64,000 nucleotides of DNA from Paraspadella gotoi (GCA_051294375.1 CM119268.1:21844010-21908009), one strand, 5' to 3'. Shown: positions 13,801-27,848, numbered from the stretch's first letter. Notes: generated by a model from the sequence alone, not told the origin. Made by a program: numbers and translations.

Positions 13801-16800
13801 GTAGACTTTGTCGAAAGCGAGAACTCCAGTGGCTGGTGCCTCCGGTTGAAAGCCTTTGGTTGATTGGTTATCGATCGAAGGAATTTGATCGATGATGCGT
13901 AACAAGTTTCCCGCGGCCGTCACGGCTTGACCTTATTTTAATTACAAAAGAGGGACGATGGACAATTTGGTGTGGAATAATTCTTTATGTACTTCGTGAC
14001 GGTTACCGTAATTTGGAGCGTAAATGATAATTTCTCCGATGCTGAAAGTGGCAACGAAAAAAACGATCATGGATATGAAGACATCGTCGGCCTTGGAGTC
14101 ACATATTTCGACCAAATAGGCGCCGAGAATTAACGCTAAGTTTTTTTGAATGAGGGTGGAAATGTTCGAGTTTTAAACCCTAGCTGTTTTGTTTAGGAAC
14201 ATTTCATATTTGTATACATTTATACCTCCGAGAAGTAAAGCTCTCATCAGATTGCTTGCGTATGTGTAAGCGATTCCATGGATGACACTGCTCCTCTTTT
14301 CGTGTGCATCTTTAAAGTCAAGAGATTTATAGAAGCATTCTAGTCGATTATTTTCCTGGGGATTAAACAAATTACAATTTGTTGTTAAAAGAAAATGAAA
14401 ATGTTGGGAATGAAGTTGAGTGGAAAGATTAAGTCGGCCACCATTGATTGTTGTTAAGCAAAAAGAAGAGCCTGTGCGCTGACTTACCAGAGCGAGGGTG
14501 GTTATATTTTTCATATTTTCTATTGTCCCTATTGCAATATCGGAGGCTTCTTTATCGTCGTCATCAACAGTTTGGCCTCTATTTTTTGACGACATAGTTG
14601 CTTTTGCTCGGAATATAAAGCCAAGAAGCATCAGCGGAAAAGCAGGTAAAAGGCATAAGCAAATTTTCCACGAGTAGCTTAAACTCGCAATTATTCCGAT
14701 CTGCGACAAAATACGTTTTATAATTTACTTAATCTGTGACTAATCTTTTTTTAAAAATTCTTACCAATAAAGCTGTCATTGCTTGTATTATAGTGCCCAA
14801 TCGTCCTCCAAAAGCGCCATGTAAAAGCTCGGAATCTCTTGCTAAATATGTTGTTAAGTTGCCGACAGAATTTTCAATCTTATCGAACCATGATTGATCT
14901 TGACGCAACATAGAAGAATATGCGTCTCTTCTTGCTCTCATTGTCAAATTCGATCCTGACAGTTTTTTAAAATTGTAATGCAATTCATGAATCGTTTCTT
15001 TTGAGAATGTTACCTGCTGTACCCAAGAAGAAATAGGATGCAAGGTTTGTAATGCATAGACCAACTCCTAATCCAAACAATACATAAACGGGGAGTAAAA
15101 GCTTTTGATCCATATTTGTTACATTAGGGTCTGCCATTGCTCCAAGTAGTGATGAAAACATGAGACCTCGGATTGGCTGTTCCGTGCCTGTGTTATTATT
15201 ATTACATGTATTCATTTATCATTATTATTATTATTATTATTACATGTATTCCTTTATCATATGCGAAACGTGAGGTAATAAACCTCTTACCTTTTAACAT
15301 GGTGCAAATTAAGCCAACGATTATCAACTTGAGATCTGGTTTGCTCATAATGCCGAGCCTCTTCATTATCACACGAGGCGTGTACTGCGTTTCTTTGACC
15401 TCAACGTGGCTCGCGATGTCCTCGGCCGTGGTCTCGAATCCAATGGACGGCGTGAGGGAGGCCTTTCTCCACGAGCTTCTCCTCTCGTCTCTCGAATCCC
15501 TAAAACTAGATCGAGTTCGACTCGCCAATTCTTTGCCTTTGGCCGAAGCTCTGATGAAGGATCCGTCCTCCTCGATGTCGTCGAGCCTGTGTTTGAATCC
15601 GTCCATGCGCTCCACCTCTGCCTTTTCTTCTTGATCCACTATCTCTTCTTGCGAAACAACCATCTGGTAGTATTTGCCTTTGGATGCAATGAGTTGGCTG
15701 TGGGTTCCTTGTTCGACGATTTTCCCTGTAATTTAAGTTGAATCTAGTGGTTAGCAATGACACAAAATGTAAAGTGTGACATTTAAACTTAAAACCTTTG
15801 TCCAAGACGGCAATAATTTCGGCGCTTTTAATAGTGCTCAGCCGATGGGCGACTATGAGAGTCGTCCTGCCTTCTCTCGCTCTTTCCAACGCCCCTTGCA
15901 CAATGACTTCGCTCTCAGTGTCCAGCGCCGATGTAGCCTCATCGAGGAGGAGCAGTTTGGGGTTCTTTACCAAAGCGCGAGCGATGGCGATTCTGTCCAG
16001 TTGAGATTAAGTTATTGATAAGGTAATATAAAATAAATAATAGGTTAATTTTAGTTTGTACCTTTGCCGTTGTCCCCCACTAATTTGCGTTGAGCTTTGT
16101 GATAAAAGCGTTTCATATTTATCCGGCAGTTGTAATATAAAGCCGTGAATGTTCGCTTGTTTTGCCGCATTGAACACGTCATCGTCCGAAGCGGAGGGAT
16201 GGCCAGCTCTGTTTTAAAAGATTTTTGTATTTCGCAATTTGTTTCGTGGTTCACCTGATAAGAGAGCCATGCTTCTCACCTTATGTTTTCTTTAATTGTT
16301 CCGCCGAACAGAGTGGGCATTTGAGTGACGAATCCTACTGATTGTCTCAACCAGCGGACGTTAAGGTTTTTAATGTCTTCGCCGTCGATCGTGATTCGTC
16401 CGCGATCGACGTCATACAACCTGAGGAGCAATTGGAGCGCTGTGCTCTTACCGCAACCGCTCTCTCCCACTAGCGCCACCGTTTGGCCGGGCTTCACAGA
16501 AAGATGAAAGTTATGTAGAACCTGTTGAATCAAAAGTTTTATAAAAAAGCCTGAAATCTAAATGATCAAGACTAAACTACGCGCCTCGTTTTCTTTGCGA
16601 GATGGATAGGAAAATCCCACATTTTCAAAGTTTAGTTGTCCCGAAATGCTGTTTGGTTTTTTTCCACTTTCGGAAAGAGAATCTATATCCGGGACTCTGT
16701 TCATGATAGAAAATATGTTCAGCGCCGAAGCTTTAGCGTCAAGCAATTCTTCGACTCCAATTAGCATTTGTCCTGCGAAAAATGCTTTGTCAATGCCATT

Positions 16801-18634
16801 ATTTACAAAGCATGTACATTTCTCGTAACGTAAATACTTTACCCAGTTGCTGTGCTGCCAGTTGTATGATGAGGAAGACAGTAAAAAACTTGGATGGGTC
16901 GAATTGATCAGGTTCATTTCTGAACAAATATCCGGCGAACCAAATTCCGAATGATAAAACTGAGTAAAGCACTAAAAGCATCATTCCCCAACTTAATCCT
17001 GCAAAATGTATGAAAATGTCATCAATGCTCAAATTTGCTGGAATGTAAGGATATTGGATAGTGATTATTTTTCTTCTTACCTAACAAAACTGATTTTTTG
17101 TGACCGAATTTCAGTGCTCTGTCTAATTTGGAATTATACTTGGAAATTTCGAATGGTATCGCGTTGTACGCCTGAACCGTTTGTATTCCGGACAAGGCTT
17201 CTTCCGATACTTGATTCGCTCCGCCATATTCTTCGATCATTTTTTGTGCAAAATAATTTTGTATTTTAACTAATGCAAACATTTTGATAAACATTGTTGG
17301 AGTGTAAAGAGCTATCATTACTAATGCTAACTTCCATCCTTGAATTAGCGCCATGATTGTAGCAGCTGTGGATAAAATTAACATTGCATTCAGTAATTTT
17401 CAATTCTTTAAGTGTTCTATTATTTTTACCTATATACATTGATCCACTGTTTATAGTATGACCTATTCTTGAGCTCAATCCATCCTCCAGTGTCACCGCA
17501 TCACCTTGTTATTTGATTTTACAATATTTATTATTGTACCTTATCGATAATCATTTTACGACCATACCTGTAATGTGCTGGATAATTTTACCAGTGCCAT
17601 AGAAATCGAAGAAGGCTTGATCTTGTCTCACTAGTCCCTATGAAAAAATTAAAGAAAATATTAAGGTGAAAATTAAAGATTTTCCTATGTCTTATCATGG
17701 CTAGCGTCGTTTTACCCTGAAGAAAGCCTTGTGGAGTTTAGTGACTTGTCTCGTGGATGTAAGGCGCCAGCAGAATTCTTGGAGAAAATGAACGACAACC
17801 ATGACTCCGACGAAGATGGCGAAGTAAATCAAATAAGTTGAGGAAATCCGGTCAATTAAACTTTCTTTTACTGGACAGAAATTCGTGGAAATGTTCGGAC
17901 TGTTGGAGTGTTGGTTGAATAATGTAAGCGATTGTGTCAGTCATCTACAGTTGAAGGTACCAAAATTTTAAAACCCAGGCCTTACGCAGTGAGGTTAAAT
18001 TCCTGTTGGTATTGCGCTAAGGATCGAAAGATTCCCCCGAAAATTAACATAAATGCGGGCATTGAGGCGCCTCCGATCATGGAACATAGCGAACCCAAAA
18101 CCATCAGGATCACGTCTTTATAATCTAGAGTACAGAGAAATTGTTAATGAAGATTTAGTTAAAACTGATTAATTGATATCGCTATTAGTCTTCACTTTTC
18201 ACCCGCGAAAATGAAGATTTTTCTCCATGAAATCGAAGCCTTTTGATTAGAGATTTTCGTATCCTCGACTTCGCCTTTAGTGGGATTCTCCTCGGCGTTG
18301 CTCTTAGTTTCTGACATTTTTTTTCGGTTTTTTTAAGTTTTGTGCGATATATTGTTTATTTCAATAATAAGTAATGATATTTTTATCATTGCATATCCAC
18401 TTTGGGACCTTTATTTTTTCCAAATTTACTGATGGCTAAGATTGTGTTGGAAAGTTGATTTATTAAAAAACGTAACTTTTTCCAAACAGTTGTATAATAA
18501 AAAAAAAAATGTTTCGAAGTACTACGTAGTTAACTGAAGGTTTTTTCTGAATGTTAAAACGTTATTCTTAATTTCCTACGTGCCAACCTGTTTTGTAAGG
18601 ATTAGTGAATCAGCTTCTATTTATCAACCTTCCA

Positions 18635-18668
<34 letters not shown>

Positions 18669-21136
18669 ACTGGGGAATAAACCTGTTTGGAGGGTTGAGC
18701 TAAATGCGATTAAGGAGAAATTTAAGGCCGATAACCATTAGAGGTCAAATGGTTTTTCTAGTCTTTCAGAAAGTTTTTGTACCTATTAATTGAATAATCA
18801 GAATTACATGGTGACAATTTTACAAGCGCCGGTAGAAATACGGCTGTCATTTGCAAACCAGTGGTTATTTCATTGATTTTAAAATTTAGTTGAGTAGAAA
18901 TATTTAAAACTATTTATGTGTTAAAATTTTATATTGATCAGTTAATATTGCCTTGACAATGAGTGGAGAAAGTTGGCTTGTAAAATCGGGTTTTCATTTT
19001 CTAACTCACTTTTTTTTAGATTCAATTTTTTTCTCTTACTTTCAGTAAGTTTTCTGAAAAAATTTGAAATAAAATAATATTAATTTTATTATCTTCTGAA
19101 AGCCCTTTCAAATCTAAAAAGAATGACGTACTTACAAATACTGTAGTATAAAATTTAACTGGCCCAGTTTTAATTTAATTAGGATACTCAAAAACGAGAC
19201 ATCTTTTTAAAAATCAATAGCTGGAGAGTAAATTTATGATATTTATCAAATTGTGATTAGCTATCTTAAATCCTTTTTTCTCAGGCTCTTTCATGATACT
19301 TATATAAATAATATATTTATGTTATAATAATTTAAACAGGTCATATATTTTGAAAAAAATATTTAAAATAGTAAATAATTCACTTTTGAACTTTTTAATT
19401 GAACCAAGGCTGGGCAGCTCACTTTTTATGTTAGAGCTTTCGTAAGTATATCATTCTCTCCATATTTTTAAGGGCTTTTTGAGGATATTAATATTGTTAA
19501 TATTTTAATAAATACTTTGTTTAAAAAAGCTCGATCCTCATCCTCCTCTTCCCATCCCTCTCCCGAGGATCCGTTCCTTTTAGTCCACTCTCCGCGGTTC
19601 TCGAGTTCTACTAATTTCCTTCTTTTCTAATACTATTCCGGCCAGGGACTTCTCCTCAATAAACATTACCGTTGCGATATAAGTCTTCTTCTTCAGAAAA
19701 GTGCTAAAAGTTCCAAAAAAAAATTGAAGTTAAAAACAGTGAGTTGGAAAATGAAACCCGATTTTACAAGCCAACTTTCTCCACTCATTGTCAAGCCATA
19801 TCTTAACTGATCAATATAAAATTTTAACACATAAATATTTTTAGTATTTTCTACTCAACTAAATTTTAAAATCAATGAAATAACCACTGGTTTGCAAATG
19901 ACAGCATATTTCTACCGGCGCTTGTAAAATTGTCACCATGTAAGGTTTATTTAGAGCTTTTTATTTTGCCTCATCAGCGGTTCTTCCTATACTAAAACTA
20001 GATCCCTCTCCATTTTCCGATGGCAGGTCTCGGTGGGGTCTTGGCGGCGCCGCTGGTGGCCGTGGGACTGGCGGGCCTCGGCATCGGCGCCATGGTTAAG
20101 AAGGGCGCCGACAAGGCGGCCGAGATAAGAGAAAACCGACGCGCTAAGGCCAAGGGTAAGTCAAAGCTGGAGGTTAAATCATCAAATGAAGATTAAAGAA
20201 TCATCTTGAATGCTTACTGATTTCTCCGACTCTTTTCGCAGAAGAGGCGTTGTACCCAACAGAGACGGAAATGTTCGTGCCAATTGAACAAACGACTGAA
20301 GCCAGCGCCCCCCTCGCCAAAAGATCCAAGCGAGAGTCTGGGGAAATCGTCACGGAAGCAAGGTGAGGTTATTCTTGGGTTAAGTAACTCTTGGTAAGTT
20401 CAGAGATTAGTAGCAGAGTTGAAGTTCAATGTGACAGTTTCTTTATTTCAGGCTGGATCACGAGCTGGACTCTCTCAACTCCAGCGTTGTTCCCGTGGCG
20501 ACCTGCGTTGAACAGATGCGCCACAAGCTCAAGTGGCTGGAGGAGGCGGAGAGGAGGCTGGAGAACCTCGGGGTCATGGGTCAAGACGTGGAGAGCATTC
20601 AGGGCCAAATTAATCAACTCAAGGTGAGATGAAGAAGATTGCTGAATCTATTCATAATTCTATTGATTATTAATTTATAACAATACGATCTCCATTTCCG
20701 TGGGAACACTTTAGTCCCTCCAAGAAGACCTCTCCGCCCATCAAGGGGCCGTCCTCAACTCCCTCAACGAGAGTCGATCTCTGCTCGATGACTACAAGGG
20801 AGAATTGACTCTGGATCAGGAGAGAGACTTGAAGGAAGTCTCCGACCTTCTCAAGTCCAGATGCGACGCTTGCGTCAAGCAGACCGACTCCAGGCTCAAG
20901 CTGTTGGGTGAGTGGAGGCGAGGCCATGGACTGCTGGACCAGTTTGTATCTTTGACTTTATCTCTCTCGGCAGGCGACGCTGTGGAGCAATTGACCAAAC
21001 TAGAGCGAGAGATGGGGACTTTGATGGAGTGGACGGCGGCCACGGAGGAGCGACTCGACGAAATCGAGAAGAAGAAGAATTCGGCGCCGCTGAGTGGATC
21101 GGAGAAGCTCGTCGAGGAGCAGAAGGTGTGAGAAAA

Positions 21137-21194
<58 letters not shown>

Positions 21195-22910
21195 AAAACG
21201 ATAGAATGATCATAATAAAAATGAATTCAAAAAAGAAGATAAGAAAAACATTGGAAAGAAGATCAAATCAATCGATTAATCAATCAATCAATCAATCAAA
21301 TCCTTCTTCCCTCGTCCTAGGAACTCTTCGCCGACGTGATGGCCCATCAGGCCGACCTCCGCTTCCTCAATATGGCCGCCCACAAATTCATGGACGACTT
21401 CAAGTCTTTCCACGAAGGCGCCTATCTCTTCAAGGCGGCGACGCGTCAACCTCTCGGCCAGTCGCCGCGAATCTCGATGATCGAGTTTCCCGACGCATCG
21501 GCCGTCAAGGATCGAGTGGTGTCGGCCAACGAGGCCTACAACGACCTCTCCTCTCGCCTAAAATCGCTCGGCGACTCTCTAGACAAACTCCGCGACAAAT
21601 CCAAAGAGTTCGGCGCCGCCAAAGCCAAACTGGACGAGTGGTTGGACGACCGGGCCGGCGCCATCCGCGCCGCCTGCGAGGAGCCGCTCCCGGCCGACCC
21701 GGCGGCGCTGGACGCCCGACTCGAGGAGCTCCGCGGATTTGGTGCCGACCTCGTCTACCAGCGCCGCCTCTTGGCCGACCTCGAGGCGCTCACCGCCGGC
21801 GCCGCCGCGGAAACTGACGCGGACGGCGAAGGCGCGGCGGCTATGAGAGCGGAGACCGACGCCGCCAGACAAAAGATCGACGCCTTAAGCGCCGCTTTAA
21901 GTCAGAAAACATCCGAGGCGCAAGCGGCGCTCATGGCCGCGCAAGGAACGGAGGGCGCCGTCGGTGCTCTTGGCGCTTGGCTAGATGGCGTCGAAGCTGC
22001 TTTCGAGCGAGCCGCCGCAGCCGGTGCCGCGGGAGACAAGGCGGCGCGGGATCGACAAAAGGCCGAGACTGAGCTGCTGCTGGAGGATCTGGCGAGTCAC
22101 GAACCTTCGTTGATGGCGTTGAAAGAAGCCGCCGCTTCGTTGTCGCCGGAGACGAGAGCAAAGGTTCGTATTTATATTATTATTTTCTTTTCTCCTTGTT
22201 TGTTCGAAAGATTTGATTCTATTATTCTTAACATTTATAATTTATCTGAAAATTATCAACAAAAAAAAAAAAAATTCCTTTATTAGTCTATTGGTTAATT
22301 TATTTTTTTAAAATTTTGTTGTTTAATGTTATTCGCTCCGTCGATTTTTCTTTGGACGCAGGTGGAGGAGCTGCTCGGCCGTCTCGAGACGCTCAAGGCC
22401 GGCGCCGACGAGCGGAAGGAGGCGCTGGAGAAAGTGGACGACGCGGTGGGTGGGATGGAGGAAGAGAAGGTAGCCGCCGAGGCTTGGGCCGACGGAGTCT
22501 TGGAGGCTTTGGCCGCCAAGGAGATGCTCAAGGGAGACGCTGAGGAGCAGGAGAGAAAGTTGGAGGAGTGGACGAAGGAGTTGGACCAGAAAGAGGAAGA
22601 GTTAAAGAAGATGGAGGCGGAGATCGACGCCTTGACGGGTGAGTTGAGGGGAAATAATTATAAATAAATACATAAATAAAAAATAAATAAAATAATAAAA
22701 TAAAAAAATTATCTAGCTTCCGGCGCGGTGGCGGACGCGGCGCCCTTAATGGAGTCGGCGAAGGAGTTGAGGCAGACCCTCGACGAGATTCGAGCCGCGT
22801 TGGACGAGACGAGGGCGTCGACGGCGGAGCGGAAGGCCCGCGACGACGAGTTCCGACTCTTGAAGGAAGAAGTCGACAAAGAATTAGATCGGATTGAGAC
22901 GAGTGAGTGA

Positions 22911-22975
<65 letters not shown>

Positions 22976-25066
22976 CTAGCGCGAAAGTGAAAGAGTGAGC
23001 CAAACGGTGTGCAGGAATAAGTTAAATCTCGAAATTCCTTTTCGAGTAAAACGGAATAGGAAAATGTTGGTAGGAGGAGGAGGAGGAAGAAGAAGATGAT
23101 GATGATGATGACGAAAGGAATTAAAAAAAAAGATTCCCGACGTCGGAATCTTTACATCTGGGATCTTCCACTTGGCATCTTCGAGAGATGATTTTTGCGA
23201 CCACTTCCCGTTTCCATAACAACCACCTTTTTCTCACGTCAAGGCTTCAACGTTCTGCCACCGGTGGCGCTCAAGGCCGAAGCCGTGGCGACGCAGCGGG
23301 AAGAAGTGGAACAACTCAAGAAAGACTTGGACCATCTGGAGGCTAAAGTGGACAAGCTCAATGACCTCGGTCTGGCGAGAGAGGTGAGAGATGCCAAGTT
23401 TAGATTTGAAGATCCATTGAGGCGCAGCCATTTCGAATCTAGTTACTTCTTTCCCACCAGGCGGCGATTTCCGGCGACGCAGCGCAGAGCCGCGCCCGGC
23501 TGGGGCGTGGCACGTCGCCGGGCGCGAGGGCGAGAAGGGGCAGTCGATTGGCAGCCAAGAAGAGAGGCTCATTGCAACCGTCAGGGAAAGGGTAAATTAT
23601 AAGTTGAAGGAGGAAAATAGTGAGGTTTTTTAAAAATTTAATTTGGGAAGGTAGGTTTACTAAACATTCCTTTCCCAAATTAAAAAAAAAAAGGATGTAA
23701 AATAGCCAATGTAGCCTTTGTAAAATTGCAATTATGAACCTTCAGGGCAATAAAATGGAATGTTCTTAAAACATTTTTATACTTATATACTCAAAATACG
23801 ACAATATGCAAATGAGATTGATAAACTCGATCTGATTTGAAATAATCCACAAATTTATCCGCTACATATGAAAAATTGTAAGATTACTTGTTTTACTATA
23901 TAGATATGATTATATTCTTTATATAAAGTGTATTCTTTTATAATGTAATGGGGAGAGGGATGTTATTCTAAGGCGAATCAAAATTCTAATATCCGTTGAA
24001 GTCGTTAAGTCACTTCAAAATCTTATATTTAGAATCGCCATCTTCAAAGAGTCGAAATTCGTCAAAAGACTCGGTCAAGAGCCACTCGCGTCTCGCGTCG
24101 TAAATCTATTTTTATCTTTCGCTCATTTTCTGTTTCGAATTGAAAAAATCCCAGGACTTCGACGGATGTGGGTCCTCGACAAGATTCGGTGGGATCCGAG
24201 GCCGACCTCACTTCGCCGCAGGGGGAGACTTACCTCCGGGCCTTTGAGACGGACCCTGTGCAGGTGAGGAAATTTGCGGAGAAACAAAAGATCATTATTT
24301 TAATTTTAATTTTGAAAAGAAAGAAAAAAGTTTTTTTTCTGATTGTCTTTTGTTTTCTCGCTCAGGATCGTAAAATTTTATTCGTAAGCATATACTACTC
24401 GCACCGGGTTTCAAATTGTTAAATGTTTTTTTTTAAACTTTTATTGCTATTATTATTATTACTTGGCGAAAGTTGAATAGTTAACCACACTCATTCATTT
24501 TGGCTCATCGTCTTTTAACTGACACCTTTTCCCTCTCCCGTTTTCGTTCCTAATGGAGATAAACCAGAATCGCGTAGCTGCTTTTGACAATTAACAAAGA
24601 GATATATTTAAATACTAAATGACTAATAATACATTATACATATTTTTGAATCTTTTTTTTTTTGTGAACGTCTTAAAAAAAAAAAATAACTTGATAGTTG
24701 CCGATAGTTTTCCTCATTTTTAATTTTTGACTCCATCTCCTATCAACCTTCAATCTCTCCCCCCCCCTTCCTTCAGGCCGACCTCGACGACGTGAACGGG
24801 CGCTACGACGATCTCATCGGCCGCCTCGGCGCCCGCGACGCCGACATCGCCGCCGTCAAGGGTCAACTCGACGAGTGGACGGGACCCTTGTGGTCCCTGA
24901 TGGCCTGGCTGACGAAGCAAGAGGAAGGGCTCAAGAAGGCGGGCGGAAACGCGGTTCCGGTTAACGTCGACTCGTTGAAGGGTCAGTTCACATCATTCAA
25001 TATTATTATTATTCTTATTATTATTATTATTCTTATTATTATTAATTCTTTCATTGCTATACAACT

Positions 25067-25130
<64 letters not shown>

Positions 25131-27251
25131 GCCTCCAAAAAGAGGCGGAGGCCTTCGACGCGGAGTTGGCGGAGAAGGCCAAGTTGATGGAGAAGGTGAA
25201 GAGTCAAGGGGCGGATTTGCTGCGCGGACGAGACATTGAGGCTTGCGAGGGAGGAGTCGATCTGCAGACGGAGATGCTGCAGATGGAGGACAAGTGGACC
25301 AAGGTGAGGAGTTTGGGTGAGATTGGGTAAGGTGATAGTTTTTTTTGGCTTTAGGAAGAAGATTATACATTATTCTATCTTTTCCACTTGTTTCATTTTT
25401 CCCCTTTTCTTTTTCTCATTTATCCCTTTCCCATTTATCCCTTTCCCATTTATCCCTTTCCATTTTATCCCTTTTCCTTTCCCTTTTATCCCTTTTCCTT
25501 TCCCTTTTTTCCCTTTAATCCCTTTCCCTTTTATACCTTTTATCCCTTTAACTTTTTCCATTTTTCCTTTTTCTCCTTTCATTTTGTCTCTTTCCCTTTT
25601 TTACATCTTCCCTCCCTTTTCCTTTTCCTCCTTTCCCCCTTTCCCTTTTCCCTTTCCTAATATCAACTCTTAACCCCACCAGGTGAAGCGTTTAGAGGAA
25701 GATCGCAAGAAACGCCTCGTCGATCAGTTAGACTCTGTTCAAGAGTTGGAAAAGCTCAAGGAAAACCTGGGGGCGTGGCTCAACGCCAAAACAAAGATGG
25801 CGGGCGTGTTGGGCCCGCTGGCCGTCGATCCCGTCCTCATCGACAACCAGTTGGAGCAGGTGTGGTTCGACGGAGTCGAGAGGATGAGTTAGAATAAAAG
25901 ACAACTGCAACAACCACATCAAGCCACCTCTACATCCCCAACTTCCAGGTGCAAGTGATGGAGGAGGAGCTGAGCACTCAGGAGCCACTCCATCAGCGCC
26001 TCAACGACCTCGGCATTGCCCTGCTCGACGGGTGCGCCCCCAACAGCAGCGACGCCTACGCCGTCGAAAAGGCCCTCGACGACATCAACAAGCAGTGGGG
26101 CAAACTCCAATTCCTTCTCACCGACAGGACTTCTAAGCTTCAGGGCGCCAAGGACCCCAGCAAGGATTTCAAGGTTCGATCATTTTGTTCATTTATTGTG
26201 TTAGAGGGGGATTGTTGTGGGCGAAGTAATGAATCAATTATGAATACACAATGAATATCATTAACTATAAATGTCACATCGGTAAGTTCAGAGTCTTTGA
26301 AGGATCCTCTTCACGATTCTGTCTCCAACAATTGTCGTTAATTTTTGAAAAAAATTTTCTTGATTTTTATATTTTTCTAATTTCTCACTTTTCCTAAATT
26401 CTCACTTTTCCTAAATTCTCACTTTTCCTAAATTCTCACTTTTCCTAAATTCTCACTTTTCCTAAATTCTCTCAATTCCTAAATCCCTTATATTTCTTAT
26501 AGTTTTAAATCTTCTTAATATTTGTCCCCTTTCCCTCCTCCAGGACGCCTTGGAGACGCTTTCCAAGTGGACGTCTCAAACGGACGAACGCCTGACGTCT
26601 CTCTCCTCGTCGCTGCCGACGGGCGAGGAGGCGATCCAGCGAGAGTTGGCGCTCGTGGCGAGTCTCAAGGCGGAGGCGCAGATTCAGAGCGGGATACTGG
26701 ATCGGGCCAAGGGGGCCACGGTGGCGTTGGAAGCCATTTTGAAGGACAGGTGGGGCTGATGGACGATGCTGGGCTCGTTTGCTAAATGATTCGAACGGTT
26801 AGATTATCATCGGTGGCAGAGTGAAAAAATGTTTGTGAAACAAAACTCAAAAGACGTTTTAAATTATTCAAGAAACGAATTTTTTTTTTCCTCACCTGAT
26901 AGTATTCGGCGCTAAAATCTTACTTCTGGTCTGTCGACTTCTTTACCTTACCATTTCTCCTTTCTCCCCTTTGAACATCCCAGAACGCTCACACAAGACC
27001 TAAAGTCCCGCCAGGCGGCGGCGGAGCGTCCCTTCAACGACCTGACCCGGCGCCTGGACGCCAGGGAGCGCGAACTGACCCAAGCGGCGTCGGAGGGCGC
27101 AAAGTTGGCGGAGGCGGTGGCAGAGCTGGAGGGCGTCGTCGCCGCCAGACGGGATGAGTTGGCCAAAGCGGCGCCGGTGTCGGCCAGGGTCGACGAACTC
27201 AGGGAACAGGTGAGTTTATTAGGCTAAACGGGGGTAAGGAGTTTCTTTACA

Positions 27252-27283
<32 letters not shown>

Positions 27284-27848
27284 TTTCCTCCAGTCATCCA
27301 AACACGACGCCTTCCATTCGGATCTCTCCAAACGAGGCAACGACCTCGCGGCGCTGGCCGCCAAAGCCAAGGCCGCGGCGCCCGCCGACCCCGCGGTGCT
27401 GGAAAAGATCGCCGCGCTCGAGGCCGACTTCGCCACAACCAAAGCCGATTCGGGCCGCCGACAGGACAAGCTCAAGAAGTGCCTCGCCAACGCGCAGGTA
27501 GATAATGAGTGAGAGTGCCTGGACGGGTGAGGTGGGATAAAGGAGGAAAAGAGACAAGTGCATTTGCTGCCATCTGGTGGAAAAAGGTGGTTGCGGGCAT
27601 GCGGGGCCTTTAGTTCTTTCTCAAAAATAAAATTACAATTAGCGATATTTGAGGTTTTTGTCGCTCGTTTTCGCGATTTCCAATTTTGGCTAAAAAATTG
27701 AGCGAAAAAGTCGAACCGAAAAAAAAATTGAAAAAAAGAAGAAAAAATTTGGAAAAAAGTTGGTCAGCGCAAAATAAACAGATTTTGCGGTGGATTTTTC
27801 TCACGACGAAAGTCGTTCGACCTAAGAAAAATTGTTTATTTTAAAAAG

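Noticed and set aside
20912-21817. 301-aa Arg/Gly-rich ORF
   Set aside because: Off-frame reading of GC-rich spectrin-repeat exons joined through a (GA)n intron.
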